This document shows positions 49,440 to 59,680 of a stretch of 64,000 nt of DNA, piece by piece. The DNA lies in the IMG/VR virus record IMGVR_UViG_3300027631_000013. The stretch is one strand, 5' to 3'. Below the pieces are notes generated by a model. That model saw only the letters and a list, made by a program, of their open reading frames with translations. It made no database searches and had not been told where the DNA came from. Positions within the stretch are counted from its first letter, which is position 1, and every line of letters begins with the position of its first letter. The translations under genes and the position numbers were made by a program. Origin of the DNA: an uncultured virus (IMG/VR IMGVR_UViG_3300027631_000013) (lineage: Duplodnaviria; Heunggongvirae; Uroviricota; Caudoviricetes).

Positions 49440-49652
49440 TTATATATTTCCAAAGCTCATAGCGCTATGCACTAATTTGAAGGCTATTTCTTTTTGAAAA
49501 TTGTCATCTAACATTTTCCAAATATCAAAAAAACTAATACCATTTTCATAAGATTTGACTATGTTGTTATTAGAGTCATGTATTGTAAAATAAAAAACCC
49601 AATCCTTTTCATCGCCTATGGGACCTTCTATATTAATTAACTTTATTGTCAT
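49440..49652 (-). CDS. Small protein, copy 1 of the duplicated cassette
   Basis: Paralog of 51504..51716. Confidence 0.75.
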   Translation of the reverse strand: MTIKLINIEGPIGDEKDWVFYFTIHDSNNNIVKSYENGISFFDIWKMLDDNFQKEIAFKLVHSAMSFGNI

Positions 49653-49708
49653 TTATTTTTCCTAAAGTTTTGCATTTTCAGTTTTATTTTCAGAGTTTAA
49701 AAAAACTA

Positions 49709-51502
49709 CTATCTATATTCAATTCTTAGAGGATTCATATTTGCTGCACCTCTAACATAAACAGTAGCTTTGGAAACACCTGGATTAAACACTGCATTAG
49801 GTATGTCAATTCTATATAATCCTGGCATATTTGTATTATCAACTGCTATAAAACCTCCAGAAGCATATGAACCACTTGCTGTCTGACTACTAAGTGTTAT
49901 TACAGATGGAGCTGCGCCTGATCTAATATAATATGCAGTTAAACCAGAGGAATTGTATGTAAGCCCTGTCAATGCAATCCCTGAATTACTTTTTGTGATA
50001 TTTATATATTCAACTGTACTTGTATTTCCAGCAACAAATGTTCTTAATTCAACATCTGGATTTGTTGTATATTGGAGTAAGACATTGTGAAAAGCGCCAT
50101 TATAACCTCCACCCCTCACAGAAACTATCACTTTACCTACACCTGAAGTAAAAGCGGCATTAGGAACATCAAGTCTATATAATCCTGGAGCACTAGTAGA
50201 ACTCACTTCAGCGAATCCTCCTGAAGTCCATGCAGCGCTTGGACTTTGTGCAGTTAATGTAATTGGGACAGGCGAAGAATTATCCCTTATGTAATGAGCT
50301 ACTAAGCCTGTTGCATTATAGGATATCCCCGTAGAGCCAAGCATCATATATAATGATTGAGAGGTTGAATCTGGCGCAATAGTTATAGATTCAAATTGTC
50401 TATCAGGTGCAGCATAATTAGTAATGCTATTTAAAGATCTATATTGTAAGGCTCCAATGTCAGGTGCTGCTTGTTGCCAGGTGTATCCTAATAAATCAGA
50501 CGTACCTGCACCAGCAGTGATTCCTGCGCCAACCAAGTATCCATTATTTTTACTTGATAAAAACTGAGTATGATATAAACCAAATAATAATGGTTCAGCA
50601 AAGTCTAATCCAGGAAAGCCAAATGTACAATTAACAAGAGTTCTACTACCACCACCACCATGTTGTGATTGACCTGTGAATCTGCAGTTAGTATATCTGA
50701 TATCATATGTATTACTCCAAGTGACACTAGAATATGAATTGGTCCAAATTAATGAGTTATAAAAATCTAACATGGTAACACCAATACCATAAGTAGTGAT
50801 GGCATAGTTAAGGCTCATCAAAAAGGTGCAGTTTCTAAATGTTGTTGGACTGGTTGCAGTATAGGTAGTACCGTTATTGAAGTATCTTTTTCCTATTGCT
50901 AAGCAGTTTTGTACATTCATGAACCCACTTAAGCCAATTCCACTAGTTATAGGATCAAAATAAGTAAAGCTATCACCACCAAAAGAAATTAAATTTTCAA
51001 ATGTATGTGGCACTAATGTAGTATTTTGAATAACCCTTATAGCAGAGCCTACATGAGTTTTATAGCCGTTTAAAACACTATTACGCAATTTAATATTACT
51101 ACAAGAAGAAATACCTAAACCTACAGATGAATATTCCAAATATAGAGATTCAAAATTAATATTACTTTTTCCAGTAGCAGAAATCAAAACATTATCTGGT
51201 GGATATAATGCTGATGATGAGCTGTCATATAAATTATATGCTGTTATTCTGACACTACCAGGAGTCACGCCAGTAAATTGGATTGCCTTAGGATCTCCAT
51301 AAATATACGTTGTGCTACCAGACGAAGTTAAATCTACAATTGGTGTTTCTCTATAGACACCAGGGGCTATATACAAAGTATCTCCACCAGTAATACCAGT
51401 TGCCCCTAACGCTTTTGTTAATGTTTTCCAAGCACCTGATGTTCCTTGAGCAGACCCAGTGTTAGAATCATTTCCATCATTTCTTACATAGTAAGTTGCC
51501 AT
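49709..51502 (-). CDS. Right-handed beta-helix virion protein, copy 2
   Basis: Collinear paralog of 47642..49438. Confidence 0.75.
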   Translation of the reverse strand: MATYYVRNDGNDSNTGSAQGTSGAWKTLTKALGATGITGGDTLYIAPGVYRETPIVDLTSSGSTTYIYGDPKAIQFTGVTPGSVRITAYNLYDSSSSALYPPDNVLISATGKSNINFESLYLEYSSVGLGISSCSNIKLRNSVLNGYKTHVGSAIRVIQNTTLVPHTFENLISFGGDSFTYFDPITSGIGLSGFMNVQNCLAIGKRYFNNGTTYTATSPTTFRNCTFLMSLNYAITTYGIGVTMLDFYNSLIWTNSYSSVTWSNTYDIRYTNCRFTGQSQHGGGGSRTLVNCTFGFPGLDFAEPLLFGLYHTQFLSSKNNGYLVGAGITAGAGTSDLLGYTWQQAAPDIGALQYRSLNSITNYAAPDRQFESITIAPDSTSQSLYMMLGSTGISYNATGLVAHYIRDNSSPVPITLTAQSPSAAWTSGGFAEVSSTSAPGLYRLDVPNAAFTSGVGKVIVSVRGGGYNGAFHNVLLQYTTNPDVELRTFVAGNTSTVEYINITKSNSGIALTGLTYNSSGLTAYYIRSGAAPSVITLSSQTASGSYASGGFIAVDNTNMPGLYRIDIPNAVFNPGVSKATVYVRGAANMNPLRIEYR

Positions 51503-51503
51503 T

Positions 51504-51716
51504 TTAGATTTTTCCGTTAGACATAGCACTATGAACCAATGAGAAGGCTATTTCTTTTTGATAATTTTCATTTAAAACTTTCCAGATATCAGAAAATTTA
51601 ATTCCATTTTCGTAAGATTGAATGACATTATTATTAGAATCATTAATTGTAAAATAAAAAATCCAATCTTTTTCTTCACCAATAGGGCCTTCTATATTAA
51701 TCATATTTAATATCAT
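51504..51716 (-). CDS. Small protein, copy 2 of the duplicated cassette
   Basis: NIEGPIG.EKDW.FYFTI.DSNNN...SYENGI shared with 49440..49652. Confidence 0.75.
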   Translation of the reverse strand: MILNMINIEGPIGEEKDWIFYFTINDSNNNVIQSYENGIKFSDIWKVLNENYQKEIAFSLVHSAMSNGKI

Positions 51717-51725
51717 TTCTTTTTC

Positions 51726-53531
51726 CTAGGGTTTTGCATTTGTAGAAACTAAATACGAAGTGCCAGTAGAAAAGGCTCCTCCATCATCAAAACCTGTTAT
51801 AGTGCCATCAGCAAACATCGATTGTAAGCCTAAAAACCCATAATTTGTGTAATTACCATTTGGTTCTGAATAAGAAGAATCTCTTATAAACCATCTTCCA
51901 CCGTCTGTAACTCTCCAATCAGGTGCGCCACTTTCGTATGAATTAGGGTCTCTCATTGCATAACTGGTATAATTTCCAATTCCGCCTACCCTATATACTG
52001 CACCTGTAGTCCTAAGATATGTTCCATAACTTGAACCTAAAACATTAGTCACAAACTCATACATAGACTTCCAATGATCTTTTGATCTTGGATAAACTAA
52101 ATCTAATCCCAAAACAACACCAGAATGCGTGTCAGTGGAATACGCTACGCTTGTACCTCCGGTAATGACATAGTAATCAAAACCTCCACCTTCATTTGAC
52201 ATATCAACATACATATTTAACGCATTTGGCATTGAAGCGCTTTTTATCCAATAATAACCCGAAGTTAAAGTAGGATAACTCATTGCTAACGCTAAACCAC
52301 TTGGAGCAGGATCAGCAAAAGTCCCCATAGTTCTAGCGCCTAAAGTATTTATATAAACATTTTTATATGCTAAATAATTTTGAGTGATTTCATCCTGGCT
52401 TAATTCTCTATTGTAAACTTGAACAGATCCTAATTTTACAGAACTAAATTGGCTTTGAATATTTGACTTGCCAATAAATAAATTACTTGATCCCACATTT
52501 AAAGATGTAGTTTTTTGCTTAATTCTTACACCGTTAAAATAAACTTTCTGCACAGTTCCATTATATGTGGTTGATAAGCTGTTCCAAGTATCTGCAATTA
52601 TATTAGAAGTTTCAAAAGCATTAGAATTAGAAAAGTTTAAAGCCCCTATAATTGAAGAACCGATGCCTATTTGATTAGCTCTAGATGTTGTTCCTGTGCC
52701 AAAAGAAAACCATATTTGATCATTATTGTTTTGCTTTTTAAATATTTGAGTAACTGTGTATGAAGAAGTACCGCCTATCACTCCCCACTTTGTAGCTTCT
52801 CCATATTCATTAACACCATCAAAAGTAATAGCTCCGCCAGAAGAATTGTCAAAAACTGGGCTGTTATATAGAGTAACGTGTCTGTCATACCCGCTTAAGT
52901 CATACCAAGTGTTTCCTGTTCCTGGGTATGATTTTAAGTTGTTAGCATCTACGTTAAAAATCAATCCTTTTTTGTTAATTCCTGGTACATATCCTGTGCC
53001 TCCAATATAAAGGTCAGCATATTGATTTCCAACTGTTAATGTAAATGAAAGAGCTATTTCTCCATCAATATATAATTTAGAACCATTTGACACGCCAGAA
53101 TCAAATGTCAATGTTATATAGTGCCATTTTCCATCAGCAATTGAGCTTGTATGTTGATATTCTATTCCTGTAGCCCAATCAATAACTAAAGGATATCCAT
53201 TTCTTAAAAAAATACCATAAGAGTTATTTTTTGTGATTAATGCTTTAAAAAACGGTGTGTCAATACTAGTTTTTACCCAGCAATAAACAGTACCAGAAGA
53301 TAGTTGTATATCAGAAAAATTATTGATTATAATAAAATCATTTTCATTGTCAAAATTAATGCTTCCATTCCATTGACCAGCATACAAAGGCCCATATTTA
53401 ATTTCAGCTGACAAATTAGATATGCTATTTCTTGCGGTGGTGCCAATTCCAGCATATAGTTTGGTGTTACCAAAATCTAGGTCTAACACTAATCCGCTTA
53501 AATCCCTTTGAGGTCCAGATCCAGAAGCCAT
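51726..53531 (-). CDS. Two LamG-like domains plus C-terminal fibrinogen-like lectin domain
   Basis: LamG motifs, then SGYYWIK..MYVDMSNEGGGF...YLVSTNAKP, shared with 46569..47645. Confidence 0.75.
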   Translation of the reverse strand: MASGSGPQRDLSGLVLDLDFGNTKLYAGIGTTARNSISNLSAEIKYGPLYAGQWNGSINFDNENDFIIINNFSDIQLSSGTVYCWVKTSIDTPFFKALITKNNSYGIFLRNGYPLVIDWATGIEYQHTSSIADGKWHYITLTFDSGVSNGSKLYIDGEIALSFTLTVGNQYADLYIGGTGYVPGINKKGLIFNVDANNLKSYPGTGNTWYDLSGYDRHVTLYNSPVFDNSSGGAITFDGVNEYGEATKWGVIGGTSSYTVTQIFKKQNNNDQIWFSFGTGTTSRANQIGIGSSIIGALNFSNSNAFETSNIIADTWNSLSTTYNGTVQKVYFNGVRIKQKTTSLNVGSSNLFIGKSNIQSQFSSVKLGSVQVYNRELSQDEITQNYLAYKNVYINTLGARTMGTFADPAPSGLALAMSYPTLTSGYYWIKSASMPNALNMYVDMSNEGGGFDYYVITGGTSVAYSTDTHSGVVLGLDLVYPRSKDHWKSMYEFVTNVLGSSYGTYLRTTGAVYRVGGIGNYTSYAMRDPNSYESGAPDWRVTDGGRWFIRDSSYSEPNGNYTNYGFLGLQSMFADGTITGFDDGGAFSTGTSYLVSTNAKP

Positions 53532-54781
53532 TAGCTGTATCTCCCTCTCATAGCATCGTAGTTTTGCTGGATTTCAAATGGCTCTAAAACACGATTATAG
53601 AAATTAACATAAGCTAATCTACCAGTTATTGGCTCATCAAATGAAAATCTATTACCAAAAAATATAGAACCTGTGTTGTTTGATGGCAATTCACAATAAA
53701 CATGCAGCCATTGGTTTCTTGGGAATACTGTAGTGTTATCTAGGCCAACTAACGAACTTTTAACACCATTCACATACAACTTAGTAAAAAAACCACTGTT
53801 AGTTACATAGAAATAATTTGTAAAACTTGGTCGGCAGTCAATTATATAATAAGACCCACCTTGACTTGATGAAATCCACATTGCAAAAGATATTGATCTA
53901 AAAGAATTAGAACTGAATTCTAAAACTCTAGTAGATGATCCAGAAATATCAATATATGCTGTAGAACCTGAACCAACAATAGTAGGACCATTTCTCAAAT
54001 CAGCAGTAGCCCCAGCAGCAGAAGTGACATTGTAGATTCTAGACCCTGAACCTGGATAAGATAAAGCAGAACCAACATCAAATGCACTTACCAACCCATT
54101 AGTAACAATATCAGCAGTGTAAGCATATCTGCCTTTAGTGGCATTGTAATTTTGGTTGACTTCAGTAGCGGATAATTCTCTGTTATATAAAAGAACTTGA
54201 GAGATATTACCATTCATATACCTATTACCAACATAAACAGGATAGCCTACATATAAAGGTGAGCTTAAAGTGGTAATTGCTAAGCTTGAAGTACTATCAT
54301 ATTGTCCATCTATATAGAAATTATGATTTGTACCATCACAAGTGATAGCAAAGTGATACCATCTGTTGAGCTTAATACTTGGGGATGTATATACATATGA
54401 TGGAGATCCGTTATTTTTATGCATTATAAGTCTACTAGCATTAACCTGCATTTCAAATGATTCGCCACCTGTAGGTCCTAATCTTGCAATTACACTTGCA
54501 TACAAATCACCCATCCAAGCCCAAGCCATTAAAGTTCTAGGAGTGGTACCAGCAATTCCAGTGTTATTTACAGATACTATATAATCATTAGAGCCATCAA
54601 AAACTGTATATTTGGCTAGATTATTGGAAATTGTTGGGCCGTTTGTAAGAGTGCCATGATTATTGTTGCCAGATAAATCATAAAATGTTACACCAGAGCC
54701 AGGGTAACATTTTGGATTTGCAGGGTCATAGGCAACAACTAATCCACTTGAAACAATAGTTGGATTATAAGCAAGGGCCAC
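53531..54781 (-). CDS. Protein with two LamG-like domains
   Basis: Two conserved LamG-like units. Confidence 0.8.
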   Translation of the reverse strand: MALAYNPTIVSSGLVVAYDPANPKCYPGSGVTFYDLSGNNNHGTLTNGPTISNNLAKYTVFDGSNDYIVSVNNTGIAGTTPRTLMAWAWMGDLYASVIARLGPTGGESFEMQVNASRLIMHKNNGSPSYVYTSPSIKLNRWYHFAITCDGTNHNFYIDGQYDSTSSLAITTLSSPLYVGYPVYVGNRYMNGNISQVLLYNRELSATEVNQNYNATKGRYAYTADIVTNGLVSAFDVGSALSYPGSGSRIYNVTSAAGATADLRNGPTIVGSGSTAYIDISGSSTRVLEFSSNSFRSISFAMWISSSQGGSYYIIDCRPSFTNYFYVTNSGFFTKLYVNGVKSSLVGLDNTTVFPRNQWLHVYCELPSNNTGSIFFGNRFSFDEPITGRLAYVNFYNRVLEPFEIQQNYDAMRGRYS

Positions 54782-54784
54782 AAT

Positions 54785-57700
54785 TTAATACTCCACTAAC
54801 AATTTAGGAATGTCTATTCTTTCTGCATACACTGTAAAGTAGCAATTTATAAGATTTAAACAATTATCTTGTACATAGACAATATTATTTTCAATATTTT
54901 CTACATATAATTCACTAAATCTACCTATAGGAGTGAGAGTAACTGTAATCGAATCATAATCCACTAAATTAACCCAATAATCAGGCAATTCGATGGTGTT
55001 TTTATTCTTCAATCTGCCTCTGACATATACACCGTTTTCAGGTCCTTCTAAAGAGCCATATCGTAAATGCATGCCTTCTTTTGTAGGGTGGTCAATTACG
55101 AAGCTTTTATTTGTTGCAGATAATTCACCGATAATGTGTAAATCGTATTGTGGTGTAGCTGTATTAATTCCAACTCTGTTATTAGTAGTGTCAAAATAAA
55201 CATATGCAGTACCAGCTGAGTTACCAATACTTACACCAGAAGCAGCATCAATTCCAGGTCTAATTGAAAGTGATGATGTTGCAGTGATGATTGATGCTCC
55301 CACTGCAGATGTTGATGGATTGACAAATAATGTACCAGTGTTAAATACTCCACTACTTCCAGTTCCAGAGTAAGAATACAATAATCTTCTGTTTGTATTT
55401 GTAGTGTCAGCAGAGAAGATTACATTTGTGGCATTTGTTGCAGTTGTAGCAGTACCAGTTAAAGATCCTACAAAAGTGGTGGCTGTAAGAGTGTTTCCAA
55501 GAGCAGAAATACCAGTGTCAACATAAACAGCAGTACCAGCAAAACCACCATTACTTCTTGTTCCTAAAAGATACAATGTTGAAGTAGTATCAGTGGTGGT
55601 AGCTAATAATTGGGAAGATGTTGCAGTACCAGATAAAGCTCCACTAAATGTTGTTGCAGATAATGTTCCAGTAGAAGATACAAAACTTAATCCAGAACCA
55701 ACTTGTAATGCAGTACCACCAGAAGCAGCACCAGAAATTAATGTACCTGTTAAATACATTGTTCCTGAAAGTGCGGTTGTTGTTGTGTTGGTAGATGTTG
55801 AAGCAGTACCAGTTAAAGATGCAGTAATTGTTCCAGCAGAGAAATTACCGCTTCCATCTCTTAATACAATTGCGGAAGATGTATTTGTAGAAACAGCTGA
55901 TGAATAAATTACATATCCAGTACCATCAGAAGCCACAGCAGAAGTAGCAGTAATACCAGAACCAGATATAGTAATTGTCTCTGCATATTGTCCAGTAGTG
56001 TCAGTGCCCAAAGCAACAGAATTAGCGGCAATAGTGGCGGTTAAAGTGGTGTTTCCAGCGCCACTAAATACAACAGAACCAGATAAATCCCCACCTAATG
56101 AAATAGTTCTTGGTGTTGTTAATTGATCTGCAGAAGAAGCTGTTGTAGCTGTTGCTGCATTTCCTTGAAGAGCACCAGTGAAAGTAGTGGCAAATAACGT
56201 AGCACCAACAGCATAAACACTAGTATCTACATAAACTTGAGTACCAGCAAAACCAGTGGAAGATCTAGAACCTAAGAAATAAAGGTTTGAACTAGTATCT
56301 GTAACTGTAGAAATAACTTGAGCTGATGTTGCAGTACCAGTAAGATTTGCGGTAATTGTTCCAGCTGAGAAATTACCTGAAGCATCTCTTAATACAATAG
56401 AAGATGCTGTATTTGTAGAAACGGCAGATGAATAGATTGTATATGCTGTTCCGTCATCTCCTGCTGCTGCTGTTGCTGTAATACCAGAACCTGATATAGC
56501 TATTGTTGAAGCATATTGTCCAGTGGTGTCAGTTCCAAGAGCAACAGAATTAGCGGCTATTGTTGCTGTTAATGTAGTGTTTCCTGTGCCTGAGAATGAT
56601 ACAGACCCACTTAAATCACCACCAAGAGAGAAAGTGATCGGGTTAGTCCAAGCTGCAGCAGTACCAGTGATTCTTGTTGCGTCAATTACTCCAGTAGTTC
56701 CAGAGAATACTTCAGAAGAATTAGCAGCATCAGGAATGAATGTAAAGAAACCTGTAGAATCATCAAAACCAAAGAAGCCAGTTTTAGCAGTACCAGAAAA
56801 GTATTTAAACTCTATTCCACGATCTTTATTATCATCTGTTCCTGGGTTTGTTCCACCAGTAGCAGTTCCTAAAGTAAATACGGGATCAACAAGGGTAGAA
56901 ACGGTTGAGTTTACTGTAGTGGTTGTTCCATTTACAGTTAAGTTTCCAGTGACAGTTACATCATTGGAGAATGTTTTAGAACCAGCAAATGTCTGTGTTC
57001 CTGTTGTTACTAAACCTCTATTGGAACCTGAAGCATCTGGAATATTAAATGTATGACTAGATCCTGTTGATGATATATTGAAATCACTACCAGATGTTCC
57101 AGTTGCTAATGTTTGAGAAGAACCTGACAAACCATTAAGATTTGTGATTCCAGCCCCAGTAGTAGAAACTGTAATTGACCCAGATGCATTAGTGATTGAA
57201 ATACCACTACCAGCAGTAAGGGTAGACTTAATTAACGTTCCGCCAGTAGAAGACCCAATTAAAAGCTGACCATCTGTATATGAAGTTTGTCCAGTACCAC
57301 CATAAAGAGTGCCAATAGTAGTTGCATTCCAAGTACCTGAAGTTAATGTTCCTACAGATGTCAAAGAAGATGAAACTACTGCACTTCCTAAAGAAATAGC
57401 ATCAATTACTTTCGTGCCATTAATTCTATAAGTGTAACCAGTGCCAATATTAACATCACCCATTACATGAAGTTTAAAGCCAGGTAATGAAGTTCCAACA
57501 CCTACACTTGTTCCAAACTCTGCCATTGAAAGAGTGCCATTAGCATTAGCACGTAAAATTGGCAAACCTGAAATATCATTGACAGAGAAAATTGTGCCAG
57601 AAGATAGGTTGTTGTTGATAGAGAATAACTGACCAGATGAACCTTCAAATGATAATGTATTGTCAGCTAAAATTGATAATGTAATTGGATTGTTTGTTTG

Positions 57701-59593
57701 TCCAATAAATGCAATTGATGGAATTACAGTTGTACCAGCAACTCCTAATGTTGCTTGGTTAAAATATAACTCTCCTTGAACATATGCATCACTACCAAAA
57801 TATGATGTCTGCCCTACTCCAATACCACCTGCTACTACTAAAGCGCCAGAAGAAGATGATGTAGATGCTGTAGAACTATTAATTCTTCCAGTGCCATTTA
57901 CATTAAGATTTCCTGATATTCCAACTCCGCCAAACGCAAGTAAAGAGCCAGATGAGAATCCAGTAGAAGCTGTAGTATTAGAAACAATTAAAGCTGATGA
58001 GAAAGTTTTTGCACCAGCTATTGTTTGTGCATTTGTAGTAATTAAACCAGTGGAAGCAGCACCAGCATAAGGGATATTAAATGTATGTGTTGATGTGGAT
58101 GATGAAATATTAAAATCAGATCCAGATGTTCCAGTAGCAAATGTTTGTGTTGCTGCTGTTAATCCATTTAAAGATGTTATTGCTGCTGTTACAAAAGAAG
58201 TCCATCCAAGAGCAGCAGAACCATTTGTAATTAATGCTTGATTTGAAGTACCATCAGCAATTGGTAAAGTGAAAGTAACATTGCCAGAAGAAGAGCCAGA
58301 TTTAAATGCAGTGTAGAAAGTATTACCAGAATTAAAGAATCTTAGTTCTTTCTGTGCTAATATTTCTATATGATCTGCTACATCTATCGTGCCTGTAACT
58401 TGTAAACTTCCACCAATTCCAACTCCACCTGTTACTACTAATGCGCCTGTAGATGTAGAACCTGAAGCTGTTGCCCCTTGAATAAAGACAGAACTAGCAA
58501 AATATGATGTTAAACCTACACCAATGCCACCTGAGAATACAACACCACCAGTAGCAGAAGAAGTAGATGCTGTGGCTGAAGTAAATCTAGAAACACCACC
58601 AACATTTATAGATCCACCAATTCCAACACCACCAGTAACAATAATAGCACCAGTAGTTGTGTTAGTGGAAGCGGTAGACCCAGTAATGGTCATTCCTATA
58701 CCAAGAATGTTTCCAGAAGGATACAAACCAACCATTAATGATCCAGGGTTGTTTTGCACCTCAATTGCTGGATACCCATCAGAGTTAAACCCTCTAACAA
58801 CAATACCAGCAGCATTTGGAGCTTGAACCGATACACCAGGAGTTCTACCGTCAGCGTGGGTTAAAACAGCTCCAAAGTTAAAAGTACCAGAACTATTAAT
58901 CCAAGAAAGGTTTGAGGCAGAGCTGTTTTGCCATTGTTGTAAGTTACCAGTTTGAGATGTTGCACCTCTTACTGTAATACCTATACCAGTTGCAGTGGGG
59001 ATAGTAACAAGTAATCTTTGAAGTGCATTAAGAACTGTAATATCTGAGTTAGTACCAGCAGTAGCAGCACTTAAATTAGTTCTAGCATCAGCAGCAGTAG
59101 TAGCGCCTGTACCACCATACAATACTGCAATAGGTGTACCGTTCCAAGTACCAGAAGTAACCGTGCCAAAACCAGTAAGAGAAGAATTAACAACAGTAGA
59201 TCCTAAAGTCGTGGAATCTAATACTCTTGTTCCGCCAATTCTTAATGTTTTTCCAGATCCAGCGTTGATATCACCATTAACATCTAATTTATATAATGGG
59301 TTTACTGTACCAACACCAACATTACCAAAGAACTCAGCAATTCCAACTGTACCATCAGCATCTATTCTTAAAGATGGAATACCTGATATATCGTTGACTG
59401 AAAATATTGTTCCAGTGGTGACAGAATTAGAAACAGAGAAAAGTTGCCCCGTAGAGCCTTCAAAAGAAATTGTATTATCATCTAAAACATAAAGATAAAT
59501 CGGATCATTTGTAGAGCCAATAAAAGCAATATTAGGATAACCACTTTTACCTTTATTTGTTTCAATACGAATATTCTTATCTGAATTGGCCAT
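54785..59593 (-). CDS. Long (1602 aa) tail-fibre protein, paralog of the 4512-aa protein
   Basis: Same MANSDKNIRI start and same C-terminal KSFVIDHP..LRYGSLEGPENGVYVRG domain; GALxVxGG, LGGDLSGSV and IVLRDxSGNFSAG repeats. Confidence 0.85.
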   Translation of the reverse strand: MANSDKNIRIETNKGKSGYPNIAFIGSTNDPIYLYVLDDNTISFEGSTGQLFSVSNSVTTGTIFSVNDISGIPSLRIDADGTVGIAEFFGNVGVGTVNPLYKLDVNGDINAGSGKTLRIGGTRVLDSTTLGSTVVNSSLTGFGTVTSGTWNGTPIAVLYGGTGATTAADARTNLSAATAGTNSDITVLNALQRLLVTIPTATGIGITVRGATSQTGNLQQWQNSSASNLSWINSSGTFNFGAVLTHADGRTPGVSVQAPNAAGIVVRGFNSDGYPAIEVQNNPGSLMVGLYPSGNILGIGMTITGSTASTNTTTGAIIVTGGVGIGGSINVGGVSRFTSATASTSSATGGVVFSGGIGVGLTSYFASSVFIQGATASGSTSTGALVVTGGVGIGGSLQVTGTIDVADHIEILAQKELRFFNSGNTFYTAFKSGSSSGNVTFTLPIADGTSNQALITNGSAALGWTSFVTAAITSLNGLTAATQTFATGTSGSDFNISSSTSTHTFNIPYAGAASTGLITTNAQTIAGAKTFSSALIVSNTTASTGFSSGSLLAFGGVGISGNLNVNGTGRINSSTASTSSSSGALVVAGGIGVGQTSYFGSDAYVQGELYFNQATLGVAGTTVIPSIAFIGQTNNPITLSILADNTLSFEGSSGQLFSINNNLSSGTIFSVNDISGLPILRANANGTLSMAEFGTSVGVGTSLPGFKLHVMGDVNIGTGYTYRINGTKVIDAISLGSAVVSSSLTSVGTLTSGTWNATTIGTLYGGTGQTSYTDGQLLIGSSTGGTLIKSTLTAGSGISITNASGSITVSTTGAGITNLNGLSGSSQTLATGTSGSDFNISSTGSSHTFNIPDASGSNRGLVTTGTQTFAGSKTFSNDVTVTGNLTVNGTTTTVNSTVSTLVDPVFTLGTATGGTNPGTDDNKDRGIEFKYFSGTAKTGFFGFDDSTGFFTFIPDAANSSEVFSGTTGVIDATRITGTAAAWTNPITFSLGGDLSGSVSFSGTGNTTLTATIAANSVALGTDTTGQYASTIAISGSGITATAAAGDDGTAYTIYSSAVSTNTASSIVLRDASGNFSAGTITANLTGTATSAQVISTVTDTSSNLYFLGSRSSTGFAGTQVYVDTSVYAVGATLFATTFTGALQGNAATATTASSADQLTTPRTISLGGDLSGSVVFSGAGNTTLTATIAANSVALGTDTTGQYAETITISGSGITATSAVASDGTGYVIYSSAVSTNTSSAIVLRDGSGNFSAGTITASLTGTASTSTNTTTTALSGTMYLTGTLISGAASGGTALQVGSGLSFVSSTGTLSATTFSGALSGTATSSQLLATTTDTTSTLYLLGTRSNGGFAGTAVYVDTGISALGNTLTATTFVGSLTGTATTATNATNVIFSADTTNTNRRLLYSYSGTGSSGVFNTGTLFVNPSTSAVGASIITATSSLSIRPGIDAASGVSIGNSAGTAYVYFDTTNNRVGINTATPQYDLHIIGELSATNKSFVIDHPTKEGMHLRYGSLEGPENGVYVRGRLKNKNTIELPDYWVNLVDYDSITVTLTPIGRFSELYVENIENNIVYVQDNCLNLINCYFTVYAERIDIPKLLVEY

Positions 59594-59680
59594 TTTTATG
59601 CTCTTTTATTAGGGAGAAAAGAAATTGAGTTTCTTCTTATTTATTTGGCTATCTCGAGGCTTTCATCCTTGCAAATAAGA

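Larger units (their letters stand above)
47642..51741 (-). repeat. Tandem duplication of a ~2.06-kb two-gene cassette
   Basis: Both the small and the large gene starts are offset by 2064 nt; long near-identical DNA stretches. Confidence 0.85.

Noticed and set aside
46569..53531. Diversity-generating retroelement TR/VR pair
   Set aside because: No reverse transcriptase in the window; differences between paralogous C-termini involve all bases and are often synonymous, not adenine-specific.
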